Part shown: one piece after another, positions 54,601 to 64,000 of the stretch
How the letters are laid out: each line of letters begins with the position of its first letter
Position numbering within the stretch: the first letter of the stretch is position 1
NCBI GenBank assembly: GCA_016182045.1
Contig: JACOYE010000008.1
Span: 502-64,501 of the forward strand
Direction: 5' to 3'
Source of the DNA: Candidatus Microgenomates bacterium
GTDB lineage: Bacteria > Patescibacteriota > Microgenomatia > Daviesbacterales > UBA10151
Length of the DNA: 64,000 bases
Translations under genes and position numbers: made by a program
The notes under the pieces: model-generated
Databases searched by the model: none
Seen by the model: the letters and a program-made list of their open reading frames with translations, nothing else
Told to the model about the DNA's origin: nothing

Positions 54601-55692
54601 CTATCCTCCTACCATCTTCTTTAGAAGATCCAGTGTTCTGGTCTGTCTTAATGCATGCCTTAAATGTAATCTGGGTTCTTGGGCTTCAAACTGTCTTTTA
54701 ACTCTGGCATCTTGAATCTTATCTATTTCTGCTTGTAACTCCTGGTCTGTAATACTGACATTTTCCATCCTGGCAATATCTGCCAAACCCAATTCCATTC
54801 TGACATTTTTCTCAGCCTGCACCCTCCATTCACTTTTTAACTGTTCCAAAGTTTTCCCCTGACCCCTAAGATAGTCTTCCAAAAGTAACCCCATGTCAGC
54901 CACTCTTCTTTGTAAAGAAACTAACATTCTATTTAACTCATCTTGAATTAAAACCTCAGGTAATTCCACTTGAGTCATCTTTTCCACCTCTTGTAGAATA
55001 GCCTCTTCATAATCTAGCTCATTATTGTAAGATGCATTTGCCTCCAGATCTTTCCTGATCTTTGCCCTTAAATCATTTAAATCTAATGCCCCCATGGCCT
55101 TGGCAAAAACATCATCAGGAACTTGGGCCTGACCATTGGTGGGTGTTTGTTGTCCTTGCTGGAAACTTATTGATCCAGTAACTTTGTCATTCTGGGGAGC
55201 GCTAGCGACTCCAGAATCCTTTCCCACTGGCTGCCTCACCTTCCATCTTTTATAAAGATCGTCAATAACTTTTTGGACCTCCTCCTCAGTCACTGATTTT
55301 GGGGTTGGTCTGGTAACTTTAATGGCTTTATAATTTCCCACAGAAACTGCTGGTCTATTGGTGATGGTGGCCTTAAATTGAAGTTGCTGACCCTTAACAA
55401 AAGAAATTAAATCATATTTTGGATAGTCAATCGGGATAATGTCTGTGCCTTTAAGCGCCTCTATTAAAAAATTGGGGTAGGCAGCTTTTAAAACTTCATC
55501 CTGAAGCTTAATACCCAAATTTTGCTCAACCATGGGTAGGGGCGCAGCACCTTTTCTGAAACCGGGCAACTCCACATCTTGAGCCATTTTTTGAAGTGTC
55601 TGATCCCAAGTTTGCTGTAAATCTGCCCAAGGAACAGTCACAGTCACCTCAACTATAGATTTAGGAAGTTTTTGAATATTTTTAGAAATCAT
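54601..55692 (-). CDS. tig: trigger factor (short form, 363 aa)
   Basis: N-terminal ribosome-binding domain with the GFRKGAAP signature. Confidence 0.75.
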   Translation of the reverse strand: MISKNIQKLPKSIVEVTVTVPWADLQQTWDQTLQKMAQDVELPGFRKGAAPLPMVEQNLGIKLQDEVLKAAYPNFLIEALKGTDIIPIDYPKYDLISFVKGQQLQFKATITNRPAVSVGNYKAIKVTRPTPKSVTEEEVQKVIDDLYKRWKVRQPVGKDSGVASAPQNDKVTGSISFQQGQQTPTNGQAQVPDDVFAKAMGALDLNDLRAKIRKDLEANASYNNELDYEEAILQEVEKMTQVELPEVLIQDELNRMLVSLQRRVADMGLLLEDYLRGQGKTLEQLKSEWRVQAEKNVRMELGLADIARMENVSITDQELQAEIDKIQDARVKRQFEAQEPRLHLRHALRQTRTLDLLKKMVGG

Positions 55693-55758
55693 ATCTTCTG
55701 AATAATTTAACAGAACTAGAATTTAAAATCAATCATCGTCATGATATAATCTCCAAAT

Positions 55759-56136
55759 ATGTCAGGGGAAAGATTGAGAGAAGAACAACTAGCGCCAGAG
55801 AAGAATAAAGCAGTTAAGAGAACTGTTACTCCGGACGATATCTTAAATTATATTGTAGATCAAGAAATCAAGGCGTTCTATGTAGAAGAAATCGCACCAG
55901 GCCACTTGGCCGTTCATCGAAACTTGTTGGATGCACTTGTCTCAGGAGATAAGGAATCAACAGAAGCAGCAAGGAAGGAACATAATGATGTGGAACTAGC
56001 TTTCTTTGATGCATTTGTAACCAGACGAGAAGAATTCAAAGGAAAAATTGCCTCAACTTTAAAACCAGGCTCACTGGAAGAGCTTGCTAAAAAAATTAAT
56101 TCTGAAAATAGGAAAAAATCAAGAAAGAGGAAGTAA
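55759..56136 (+). CDS. hypothetical protein (125 aa); a TGaTATAAT extended -10 box lies upstream
   Basis: ORF in a divergent intergenic region with a plausible promoter (TATAAT at about 55741). Confidence 0.4.
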   Translation: MSGERLREEQLAPEKNKAVKRTVTPDDILNYIVDQEIKAFYVEEIAPGHLAVHRNLLDALVSGDKESTEAARKEHNDVELAFFDAFVTRREEFKGKIASTLKPGSLEELAKKINSENRKKSRKRK

Positions 56137-56150
56137 ATCTATAGGGGAAA

Positions 56151-57389
56151 TTAGAAATTTAGTATCTTTAAAAGTTTGTCAAAAGTCACAAATTTTGTTT
56201 CCTTCTCATGTCTTTTTTTAACTTCCAATTTCTCCCCTGTCTTTTTGGAAATAACTACTCTATATGGAATTCCTATTAGATCACAATCTGCAAATTTTTC
56301 TCCTGCTGACATTTTTTGACGGTCGTCAAATAATGTCTCTATTCCCTCTGCTTGTAAAAGCTTATACATTTTTTCTGCCTCTTCCATTACACTTCTTTCT
56401 TCCAGATCCAATCCCACAACATGTACCATATATGGAGCCACGGACTCCGGCCAAATTATTCCTTTTTCATCATGATAAACTTCCACAATTGTTCCCATCA
56501 CTCTGGTAATACCTATCCCGTAACAGCCCATTACCACCGGTTTTTCTTTACCATCTTTATCTTTAAAAGTTAAACCAAATGCATCTGAGAATCTGGTTTT
56601 TAAAGGAAAAATATTCCCCACCTCAATAGCCCGGGCCCTCTTAAGAGGTCCATGACCCAAATCGCACTGCTTACCTTCTTTTACTTGAGCTATTTCCACA
56701 TTGGAACTAAAATCCCCACCCTCACAATAAATAATCTCATCCTCTCCGCTTCGGCAAAGTACCTGATATTCATGAGAAAATTTACTGAATGCTCCACCAG
56801 TTGCCTCTGTTTCTATAGCTTTTAACCCGCATCTTTCAAAAACATTTTTATAAGATTTTTTCATCACCTCATAATAGCTTTCCATATCTTTATCATCAGC
56901 ATGAAAAGAATAAAGATCTTTCATGATAAATTCCCTGCCTCTTAAAATGCCACTTTTGGCCCGCGGTTCATCTCTAAATTTGGTTTGAATTTGATAAAGA
57001 TACAAAGGCAGATCTTTATAGGAGTTTATAAGCTGCTTGACTATTGGCACCAAAACCTCTTCATGAGTAGGACCTAAAGTAAATTCGAAGTCATATCTAC
57101 TTTTAACTTTGAAAAGCGCATCAAAACTTTCCCATCTGCCGGTTTTTTCCCAATTAGCTCTATTTTGCAAGGCACTCATAAGCATTTCCTGACCTCCTGC
57201 CGCATTCATCTGCTCTCTGACAATTTTATTGATTTTATCTAACACCCTAAATCCTAAAGGCAAATAATTATAAACTCCAGCTACTTCTTTTCTGATAAAT
57301 CCGGCGCGAACCAAAAGTTTGGCATTAACCGAAACTTCGTCTTTAGGATCTTGTTTTATGGTTTTTCCAAAAAGTTTCGAATACTTCAT
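56151..57389 (-). CDS. proS: prolyl-tRNA synthetase, minimal bacterial-type lacking the INS editing domain
   Basis: Class II motifs (FRDEPRAKSGILRGREF) and an anticodon-binding C-terminus; only 412 aa. Confidence 0.85.
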   Translation of the reverse strand: MKYSKLFGKTIKQDPKDEVSVNAKLLVRAGFIRKEVAGVYNYLPLGFRVLDKINKIVREQMNAAGGQEMLMSALQNRANWEKTGRWESFDALFKVKSRYDFEFTLGPTHEEVLVPIVKQLINSYKDLPLYLYQIQTKFRDEPRAKSGILRGREFIMKDLYSFHADDKDMESYYEVMKKSYKNVFERCGLKAIETEATGGAFSKFSHEYQVLCRSGEDEIIYCEGGDFSSNVEIAQVKEGKQCDLGHGPLKRARAIEVGNIFPLKTRFSDAFGLTFKDKDGKEKPVVMGCYGIGITRVMGTIVEVYHDEKGIIWPESVAPYMVHVVGLDLEERSVMEEAEKMYKLLQAEGIETLFDDRQKMSAGEKFADCDLIGIPYRVVISKKTGEKLEVKKRHEKETKFVTFDKLLKILNF

Positions 57390-57466
57390 ATTTTAACTAT
57401 AGCATGGTGACTTTAGCATGTACACGCTCTTTCAACCATACAATCTTAATTCCTATGTAGGTAGGT

Positions 57467-58585
57467 TTAATAGTATTGGGGAGAACTAACAGGACAAGCG
57501 GAGCAGGAATAATTGTATACACCCTCATCCGCACTTTGACAATTTGTATTATCTTTTGCATAACATCTAAATCCGCTTGCTCCGTCTGTACAAAAAGCGG
57601 TATCTGCGCTCTTTCTACCTAAATTATCAGTACATGTATCATAAGTTGATGCTCCACAAGTTTGGCTGGTAGGACAATACTTACAATCTGTTTGGCAACT
57701 GGCTTCGGGAGTTGGTGAAGGTGTGGAAGACACATCTATAAAATCTTTATCATTTCCTGGTTGAGAAAACAACCTAAATATACCATGTCCACTCGGTGTA
57801 GGTGTAGGTTTTAGGGTTAAAGTTGGAATGAGTGTAGAGATTGGTTTTGGTGTAGGCGTAGGCTCATGGGTTGGTTTTGGAGTTTGAGTTGGACTTGGTG
57901 TGGGAGATTCCTGTAACTGCTGCTGTCTTTCTTCCTCGAGTCTTCTTGCTTCTTCTTCTAATGCTCTCCTTATCTCTTCAAGTCTTCTTCTTGCCTCCTC
58001 TATCTCTTGTTGTGAGGGATCTGAAGGATATGAAGGTTGAGTTGGCTGGTAGGAAGTAGTCGGTGCAGGAGTGGGAGTAAACTTAGGCGATTGACTGGGT
58101 ACTGGTGTCTGAACTGGTAAGGGTTTGTGTTGATTAGTTGATCTGGGGGGTGTTGGGGAAGGAGAAGAAACTTTAGCAATCTGTTTCTTTCCAGAAGCAT
58201 CTTTTAAACCTTTATCATATTTTTCAATAGACTCCGAAAGCTTATCAACTAATTGCTTTTTTTGAGCATTGCCTTTAACCTCCGCAATTTGTTTTGAGGC
58301 ACTCTTAGTTTGTTCCACCAACTCATTTAAACTATCTTTGACTGGCTTACCGCGATTAATTAATACTGTAACCTCTTGGAAACGCCTGTCAGAGCGGGCA
58401 GCAGCAAACCAAGCTTTGGTTGTGGGAGTAATAGAAGCTATCGCAAAAATCCCCTCTTCCAAGAACCTCTTTATAGGGTAGGTAGCATCACCGGGCACTG
58501 CATCATTTGAGATAACTGCCAAGGTGGCCGGAGGAAAAAGAATAATTGATAAGATGATGGTGATAATTGTGAGCAGCCTTATCAC
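57467..58585 (-). CDS. hypothetical secreted protein: signal peptide, DUF5667-like N-domain, Pro/Thr-rich linker and Cys-rich C-terminal domain
   Basis: Composition and domain layout read from the translation; no catalytic motif found. Confidence 0.45.
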   Translation of the reverse strand: MIRLLTIITIILSIILFPPATLAVISNDAVPGDATYPIKRFLEEGIFAIASITPTTKAWFAAARSDRRFQEVTVLINRGKPVKDSLNELVEQTKSASKQIAEVKGNAQKKQLVDKLSESIEKYDKGLKDASGKKQIAKVSSPSPTPPRSTNQHKPLPVQTPVPSQSPKFTPTPAPTTSYQPTQPSYPSDPSQQEIEEARRRLEEIRRALEEEARRLEEERQQQLQESPTPSPTQTPKPTHEPTPTPKPISTLIPTLTLKPTPTPSGHGIFRLFSQPGNDKDFIDVSSTPSPTPEASCQTDCKYCPTSQTCGASTYDTCTDNLGRKSADTAFCTDGASGFRCYAKDNTNCQSADEGVYNYSCSACPVSSPQYY

Positions 58586-58606
58586 AATTTAAGTATATAC
58601 TATTTT

Positions 58607-59743
58607 CTAAAAAAGAATTTTTTGGATATCTGAAAAGGTGATAAAGATTGTCAATGCCAAAAGCAGTGCCAAACCAACTGCATGAACCCACCGTTCAATC
58701 TCAGCATGAACCCTTCTTCTTGTTAAAGCTTCAACCAGTAAGAAAAACAGCCTTCCTCCATCTAAGGCCGGTATCGGTAGCAGATTTATTACGGCCAAAT
58801 TAAGAGATAAAATGGCCACGAAATTAATATAAGGTATAAAAGGTTTGTCTGTTGAGGTTAAAATGCTATTTGCCAAATTTGTAATACCCACAGGACCAGC
58901 AACTGAGTGAGAAACCGGGGTAAAACTTTTCTCAAGTATAGATTGATTTATCAGCTGGCCAAAAACTTTTCCGGAATAGGCAATCAAATTCCAAGAATGA
59001 ATTGGTCCTAACAATAATTTTGATAAAAGACTTCTATATTCTAAAGTAGCCACTCTAAATTGGCCAAAAGAAATTCCCAAGGGACCTTGACCTTCGGGTG
59101 GATTTATTCTGGGGGTAACAGTGACATCTTTTAAGTTTTGCTTTTGGGGATCAGACAAAGTAATCTTTATTTCTTGTCCTGCCAAACTTTTGGTTTTGTT
59201 AACCAGTTCCCCCTCCCCGCTTATCTCTTCACCATTAATGGCAATAATTCTATCTCCCATCTTTATGCCTGCTGACTCAGCCGGAGAATCTTTGGCCACA
59301 CTTCCCACCAAAACCACTGTTTCAACTTGTTGATCTGTTAGAAAAAACTTGTGATCAAACCTTAGATCTATCTGGAATTTAAATCCTTGGGATGCTAAAA
59401 CCGCGTAAAAAAGTACCCAGGCAAATAGAAGATTCATCAAAACTCCTGCCACCACCACTAATATTCTTCTAAAAACTTCTTGGGCAGCAAATGATCTATG
59501 GTTCTCTAAAATTTTTCTGTCCACCTCATCTTCTCCCAAAAGCTTAACAAATCCTCCAAAAGGTAACCAGTTTAAGGAAAATATTGTCTCACCAAATTTT
59601 TTGCCCCAGGCTCTAGGGGGAATCCCAAACCCAAATTCTAAAACTTTAATATTAAATTTTTTAGCCACCAAAAAGTGACCCAGTTCGTGGATGAGAACCA
59701 GAACTAAAAGGGTAATGATGAAAATGATGATGGAAAATATCAT
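58607..59743 (-). CDS. rseP: RIP site-2 metalloprotease RseP (M50 family with PDZ)
   Basis: HELGHFLVAK (HExxH) in TM1, a PDZ segment and a C-terminal LDGG motif. Confidence 0.85.
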   Translation of the reverse strand: MIFSIIIFIITLLVLVLIHELGHFLVAKKFNIKVLEFGFGIPPRAWGKKFGETIFSLNWLPFGGFVKLLGEDEVDRKILENHRSFAAQEVFRRILVVVAGVLMNLLFAWVLFYAVLASQGFKFQIDLRFDHKFFLTDQQVETVVLVGSVAKDSPAESAGIKMGDRIIAINGEEISGEGELVNKTKSLAGQEIKITLSDPQKQNLKDVTVTPRINPPEGQGPLGISFGQFRVATLEYRSLLSKLLLGPIHSWNLIAYSGKVFGQLINQSILEKSFTPVSHSVAGPVGITNLANSILTSTDKPFIPYINFVAILSLNLAVINLLPIPALDGGRLFFLLVEALTRRRVHAEIERWVHAVGLALLLALTIFITFSDIQKILF

Positions 59744-59755
59744 ATTTAGTTTAGT

Positions 59756-59869
59756 GAATTTTAAATTCTAAATTTTTAATTTTTATTCAAATCTGAATGA
59801 CTAAATTTTAAATTTTTAAACATTTAATCATTAAATATTGATTTAAAATTTCAAATTGAAAATTAAAAA
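59756..59869. repeat. AT-rich intercistronic repeat R2 (114 bp) between frr and rseP; near-identical to R1
   Basis: See R1. Confidence 0.6.
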
Positions 59870-60424
59870 TTATATTTGAGTCAGTTCTTCTTCCTTAGCC
59901 TTCCCCAAACTTTCCACTTCTAATATCTTTTTATCTACCAGCTCCTGCAGTAATTTTTCCCTTCTAAAAAATTCATCTTCCCCATACTTTCCATCCTCCT
60001 GTTCTTTTTTCCATAAATTCCTAGAATCATGCCGTATTTGTCTTATCTCCACCCGGGCTTGTTCCATCTTTTGATGCAAAAGTTTGATAAATTCTTCCCT
60101 CCTTTCGGAAGTCAGTGGTGGGATTGGCAGACGGATTAATGTACCTTCATTTGAGGGATTAAATCCCAACTTTGCTTCTTGGATGGCCTTTATCACATTA
60201 TCCAAAATGGAAGCATCCCAGACTTGAACTGTTAAAAGTGTGGGTTGTGGAGCAGAAATATTTCCCACCTCCACCAATTTCATCTTTGATCCATAGGCAT
60301 CAACAGGGATATTTTCCACTAAAGCCGGATTAGCCCTCCCCGCTCTAATCCCAGCAATCTCCATCTTAAAATGGTGTATGGCTGCCTCTATCTTTTCGCT
60401 TAGTTGGGTCAGGACTGGATCCAT
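59870..60424 (-). CDS. frr: ribosome recycling factor
   Basis: IRAGRANPALVENIPVDAYG... RRF signature. Confidence 0.9.
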   Translation of the reverse strand: MDPVLTQLSEKIEAAIHHFKMEIAGIRAGRANPALVENIPVDAYGSKMKLVEVGNISAPQPTLLTVQVWDASILDNVIKAIQEAKLGFNPSNEGTLIRLPIPPLTSERREEFIKLLHQKMEQARVEIRQIRHDSRNLWKKEQEDGKYGEDEFFRREKLLQELVDKKILEVESLGKAKEEELTQI

Positions 60425-60425
60425 A

Positions 60426-60875
60426 CTATTCTCCCAGAGCTATCCTTTCGAATCTACCTACCTGTATATTCTCTCCCAGTTTTCCAATCACCGACTTTAT
60501 CAGTTGATCCACAGTTATTGAGGTGTCCCTAATATGCTCTTGTTTTAGTAATTCTTCAACTGATTGCGGATTCATGGAGGCAATTTGTAAGGAAAGCTCG
60601 TGGGCTAAGTTTTTGAAATCTTGGGTTTTAGCCACAAAATCCGTCTCACAAAGTAGCTCCACTAAAACCCCTACCTTGCCGTTGTGAGAATATACATCAA
60701 CAATGCCAGCTTTTACTTCTCTATCGGCTTTTTGAGAAGCCTTATCCAAACCCTTTTGTTTTAACCATTCCTTAGCCTTGTTAATATCACCCTTAGACAG
60801 GCTCAGGGCCTCCTTGCAGTCGGCAATCCCAGCCCCTGTTTGTTCTCTAAGTTTTTTGATGTCATCTATATCCAT
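60426..60875 (-). CDS. tsf: elongation factor Ts (short form, 149 aa)
   Basis: UBA-like N-terminus IKKLREQTGAGIADCKEAL and a single core domain. Confidence 0.8.
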   Translation of the reverse strand: MDIDDIKKLREQTGAGIADCKEALSLSKGDINKAKEWLKQKGLDKASQKADREVKAGIVDVYSHNGKVGVLVELLCETDFVAKTQDFKNLAHELSLQIASMNPQSVEELLKQEHIRDTSITVDQLIKSVIGKLGENIQVGRFERIALGE

Positions 60876-60876
60876 A

Positions 60877-61716
60877 CTAAACTACCTTTCTTTCAAAATC
60901 TTTAACCGTCTTCTTTTCAATTTCTTCCTCTGCCTCTGCTACCTCTTCTGCTATTTCCTTATCCAAAACTTCCTCCTCTTTCTTCCTTTCTTTTTCGGCT
61001 TTTTTCTCTGCCTTGGCTAATATCCTTCCTGCCTCTTTTTTACCTTCTCCATAGGCAGAAACCACAGTCTCCACCAATATTTTAATTGATTTTATGGCAT
61101 CATCGTTTCCGGGGATAGGGTAATCTATTTCCGAAACATTGCAATTTGAATCAGCTATAGCCACCACCTTAATCCCCAATCTTTTGGCTTCCCTAACGGC
61201 AATATTGTCTGAAACAGCATCAGTCACAAAGATGGCATCCGGCCATTTTTCCAAATCCATCACGCCTCTGAAATCCTTTTCCAGCTTATCCATTTTCCTC
61301 TCCAAAAGCAACTGTTCTTTTTTAGTGTATTTAGAAAGTTCGCCTTTTTCTTTTTGCTGCTTGTATTCTTTTAAAAGTTTTATTCTTTTTTTAATTTCTT
61401 CAAAATTAGTTAAAAATCCACCCATCCATCTTTCCACCAGAAAGGGTGCTCCCAAATCTTTTACTAAATCTTCCACAATTGGTCTGGCCTGTTTTTTTGT
61501 TCCCACAAAAAGTAAAATTTTTCCCTCTTTACCTAAATTATAAACAAACTCACAGGCTTCTTTTAAACACTTTTCGGATTGGGTTAAGTCAATAATATGT
61601 ACTCCATCCCTGGCTCCATAAATATAGGGCCTCATCCTGGGATGTCCACGTCTAACTTGGTGTCCAAAATGAACACCAGCTTCCAGTAACTGCTGCAAAG
61701 TGGGTAACTTATACAT
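60877..61716 (-). CDS. rpsB: 30S ribosomal protein S2 with a Lys/Glu-rich C-terminal tail
   Basis: LLEAGVHFGHQVRRGHPRM... signature and a GGAGG Shine-Dalgarno 11 nt upstream. Confidence 0.9.
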   Translation of the reverse strand: MYKLPTLQQLLEAGVHFGHQVRRGHPRMRPYIYGARDGVHIIDLTQSEKCLKEACEFVYNLGKEGKILLFVGTKKQARPIVEDLVKDLGAPFLVERWMGGFLTNFEEIKKRIKLLKEYKQQKEKGELSKYTKKEQLLLERKMDKLEKDFRGVMDLEKWPDAIFVTDAVSDNIAVREAKRLGIKVVAIADSNCNVSEIDYPIPGNDDAIKSIKILVETVVSAYGEGKKEAGRILAKAEKKAEKERKKEEEVLDKEIAEEVAEAEEEIEKKTVKDFERKVV

Positions 61717-62014
61717 AGTCTCTTAAACCTCCCCGCAGCATTGTGGTCAGAGACTTAAAAACTGCGAGTGCGTAATGAAAAGTATTTTAACAGGTCCACT
61801 TAGTAAAATCAACGTCTCATCATAAATGGTAAAAATAATAGAACAGGCAAAAAAATGCCTATAAGAAGTAATAAAGAAAAGTATAACAATAAATCTAACT
61901 GAGTGGTAAGTAACGAAAATTTAATGGCAGAATAGTACAACTTTACATTGAAAGTTAATAAAATCGAAGTTGGAATTATAACTCCCTTATTATTTTTAAA
62001 AAAATTAAAAAAAT

Positions 62015-62569
62015 TCATAGATTTTTTTTGTTTACAAATATATCTGTATAGGTTGTGGCCTTCAACAATGAACTCCTAATAGATAATTCAAACTTTCTAT
62101 CTCCAATATCTTTGGTAAAAACTTCGTAGAACAATCCTTTTGTTGGAAACTTTATTTGGAGTTCCTTCTCAATATTATTCCCAATATCCCACCCTTTTTG
62201 GGAAAGTCGATCTACATAGAACTTAACTACAGTTTCTGGAGAATCAGTGGTATTGAAACTTATACTTGCATATGGTTGAGGACCAAAAGGTATATGGGTT
62301 TCAACTCTCCAAACACCTGAAATATTAGAAAATACAGACGGTCCACCAGATTGTAGTTGATGTTGGGTGGTAATCCTGGTTAAACTTTGGTTCTTACTTT
62401 GGGAATAAGTCAAGTCATCCAGGCTAAATGTAATTAAATTAGGATATTGAGGTATGGTTTTTGCTATTATAAAATCTTCCACTGGCTTGGGAAAGAGTAT
62501 TAAATATATTAAGGTTGAAGTGACAAAACCTGTGACAAGGATTAGAAATCCTATTATAAAAGATTTCAT
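62015..62569 (-). CDS. hypothetical membrane-anchored protein (184 aa)
   Basis: N-terminal transmembrane helix; no motif recognised. Confidence 0.4.
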   Translation of the reverse strand: MKSFIIGFLILVTGFVTSTLIYLILFPKPVEDFIIAKTIPQYPNLITFSLDDLTYSQSKNQSLTRITTQHQLQSGGPSVFSNISGVWRVETHIPFGPQPYASISFNTTDSPETVVKFYVDRLSQKGWDIGNNIEKELQIKFPTKGLFYEVFTKDIGDRKFELSIRSSLLKATTYTDIFVNKKNL

Positions 62570-62662
62570 AAAACAATTTTATATCATTTTACTACTTTTC
62601 AGATTTTAAGATAGATAAATTGACAAATTTCCGCCATAGCGGCATTTTGTCAAAAATTGCTT

Positions 62663-63148
62663 TTAGCTCTTTTCTAGTTCATAGAATTTATATCTTAAGC
62701 CTTCATGTTCCTGCCAGTCTGATTCAGAAACTACTTTTTTAAATTCTGAATAATCTGGAAAAAACACTTCCCCTTCTATTTCTTTATCTATATAAGTTAA
62801 ATATAGCTTATCAGCCAACTTGATGGCTTCCTGATAAATCTGCCCGCCACCAATAATGAATATTTCATTATTGCCCGAAGCGTTCTTTGCGAGTCGAAGG
62901 GCTTCTTCTAAACTATGAGCCACCTCACAACCTTCTGCTTGATAGTTTGGTTCACGAGTTACCACTATATTTGTTCTTCCCGGCAATGCTCGACCAATGG
63001 ACTCATGGGTTTTCCTTCCCATAACAATGGGGTGTCCCATGGTAATCTCTTTAAATCTTTTTAACTCCTCGGGTATATACCAAGGTAGCCCCCCTTTTTT
63101 TCCAATAATTCTTTTCTTACCAGCCACAGCAACTATGATGCTAACCAT
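62663..63148 (-). CDS. folA: dihydrofolate reductase
   Basis: IIVAVAGKKRIIGKKGGLPW...GRKT...IIGGGQIY. Confidence 0.85.
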   Translation of the reverse strand: MVSIIVAVAGKKRIIGKKGGLPWYIPEELKRFKEITMGHPIVMGRKTHESIGRALPGRTNIVVTREPNYQAEGCEVAHSLEEALRLAKNASGNNEIFIIGGGQIYQEAIKLADKLYLTYIDKEIEGEVFFPDYSEFKKVVSESDWQEHEGLRYKFYELEKS

Positions 63149-64000
63149 TAAAAACCTCCCACCACGGTTACTTCTCCTTTTATAGGAGGATATGGATCAT
63201 AACCTTCCAAAGTAAAATCCTCATATTTAAAATCATCAATATTTTCAACTTTAGGATTTATCTTCATTTTTGGAAATGGTCTTGGTTTTCTTTTTAATTG
63301 TTCTTTAACTTGATCAAAATGATTACTGTAAATATGCACATCACCAAATGTTAGGATAAATTCCCCAAGTTTTAATCCCACAACTTGAGCAATCATCATG
63401 GTAAAAAGGGCATATGAGGCAATATTAAAGGGAACTCCCAAGAAAATATCTGCTGACCTCATATAAAGTTGCAAAGACAATCTATCTTTCCTGGTATTGA
63501 ACTGATAAATAGTGTGGCAAGGAGGTAAAGCCATTGATTTACCAGGAGCTGCCATTTCATATATAAATTCCGGATTCCAGGCAGACACCACAATTGATTT
63601 TCTAAAAGGGGTGGTCTTTAACTCATTTATAGCCCAGGCCAGCTGATCAATCACCCTTCCATCAGATGTTTTCCATCTCCTCCACTGCACCCCATAAACA
63701 TTCCCTAAATCCCCCCATTTTTTAACAAATGGATCATTCTTTGGTAGGGATTTAATTTTTGCAATGAATTCCTCTTGTATCATTAACTTTTGAGATTTGA
63801 GTTTTGACATTTGAGTTTTGTATGGCTTGTATGCCCATTCATCCCAAATATGAACATCCTGATCAAGCAAATATTTGATATTGGAATCTCCTTTGATAAA
63901 CCACAAAAGCTCATGAATTATCCCTCTTAAAAATACTTTTTTGGTAGTTAAAAGTGGGAAGCCTTTTTCTAAATCAAACCTCATTTGTCTTCCAAAAACA
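63148..64000 (-). CDS. thyA: thymidylate synthase (N-terminus beyond the window edge)
   Basis: ...[10 protein letters not shown]...[29 protein letters not shown]. The reading frame stays open upstream of the annotated Met to position 64000. Confidence 0.9.
   Translation of the reverse strand, partial: VFGRQMRFDLEKGFPLLTTKKVFLRGIIHELLWFIKGDSNIKYLLDQDVHIWDEWAYKPYKTQMSKLKSQKLMIQEEFIAKIKSLPKNDPFVKKWGDLGNVYGVQWRRWKTSDGRVIDQLAWAINELKTTPFRKSIVVSAWNPEFIYEMAAPGKSMALPPCHTIYQFNTRKDRLSLQLYMRSADIFLGVPFNIASYALFTMMIAQVVGLKLGEFILTFGDVHIYSNHFDQVKEQLKRKPRPFPKMKINPKVENIDDFKYEDFTLEGYDPYPPIKGEVTVVGGF

Noticed and set aside
62873-62905. Possible degenerate copy of the GC-rich repeat inside folA (CCCGAAGCG...GCGAGTCGAAGGGC, encoding LRLAKNAS).
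   Set aside because: It shares only short GC-rich words (TCGAAGGG) with the family, the palindromic arms are poor, and the extra 4 residues relative to other DHFRs are within normal loop variation.

Overview
This is an AT-rich, gene-dense bacterial window of about 75 mostly minus-strand genes. The gene content looks like a reduced Patescibacteria/CPR-like genome, but that placement is inferred, not shown. The standard genetic code is used. Recognisable core genes include rpmE-prfA, an rpsF-ssb-rpsR cluster, ychF, a damaged transketolase, cmk, cysS, recR, ybaB, folD-glyA, dnaX, ybeY, rpsU, tig, proS, rseP, frr-tsf-rpsB and folA-thyA. A large purine/GMP block is present: purF-purN-purD-purSL-(HAD)-purQ-guaA, purA, two archaeal-type PurP paralogs, purH-purB-purE-purC-prs and purM. 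No tRNA, rRNA or CRISPR array was seen. The most notable feature is a family of GC-rich palindromic repeat elements with termini of the form GTCATYCCGAGCG...CTCGGRATGAC. Copies sit in frame inside purL (two sites, one nested), transketolase and the N-terminus of purQ, with one intergenic copy, which resembles the way Rickettsia palindromic elements behave. The guaA 3' end is present in three copies: two small toxin-antitoxin cassettes lie between guaA and purA, and each carries a decayed copy of the ~38 nt guaA 3' end. Other observations are a candidate ~120 nt sRNA with promoter and intrinsic terminator, near-identical ~110 bp AT-rich intercistronic repeats, and a transketolase with a frameshift and a missing catalytic motif. 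There is also a pol-beta-type nucleotidyltransferase inside the rpsF-ssb-rpsR cluster and a two-gene unknown module linked to the ctpA/htrA envelope proteases.
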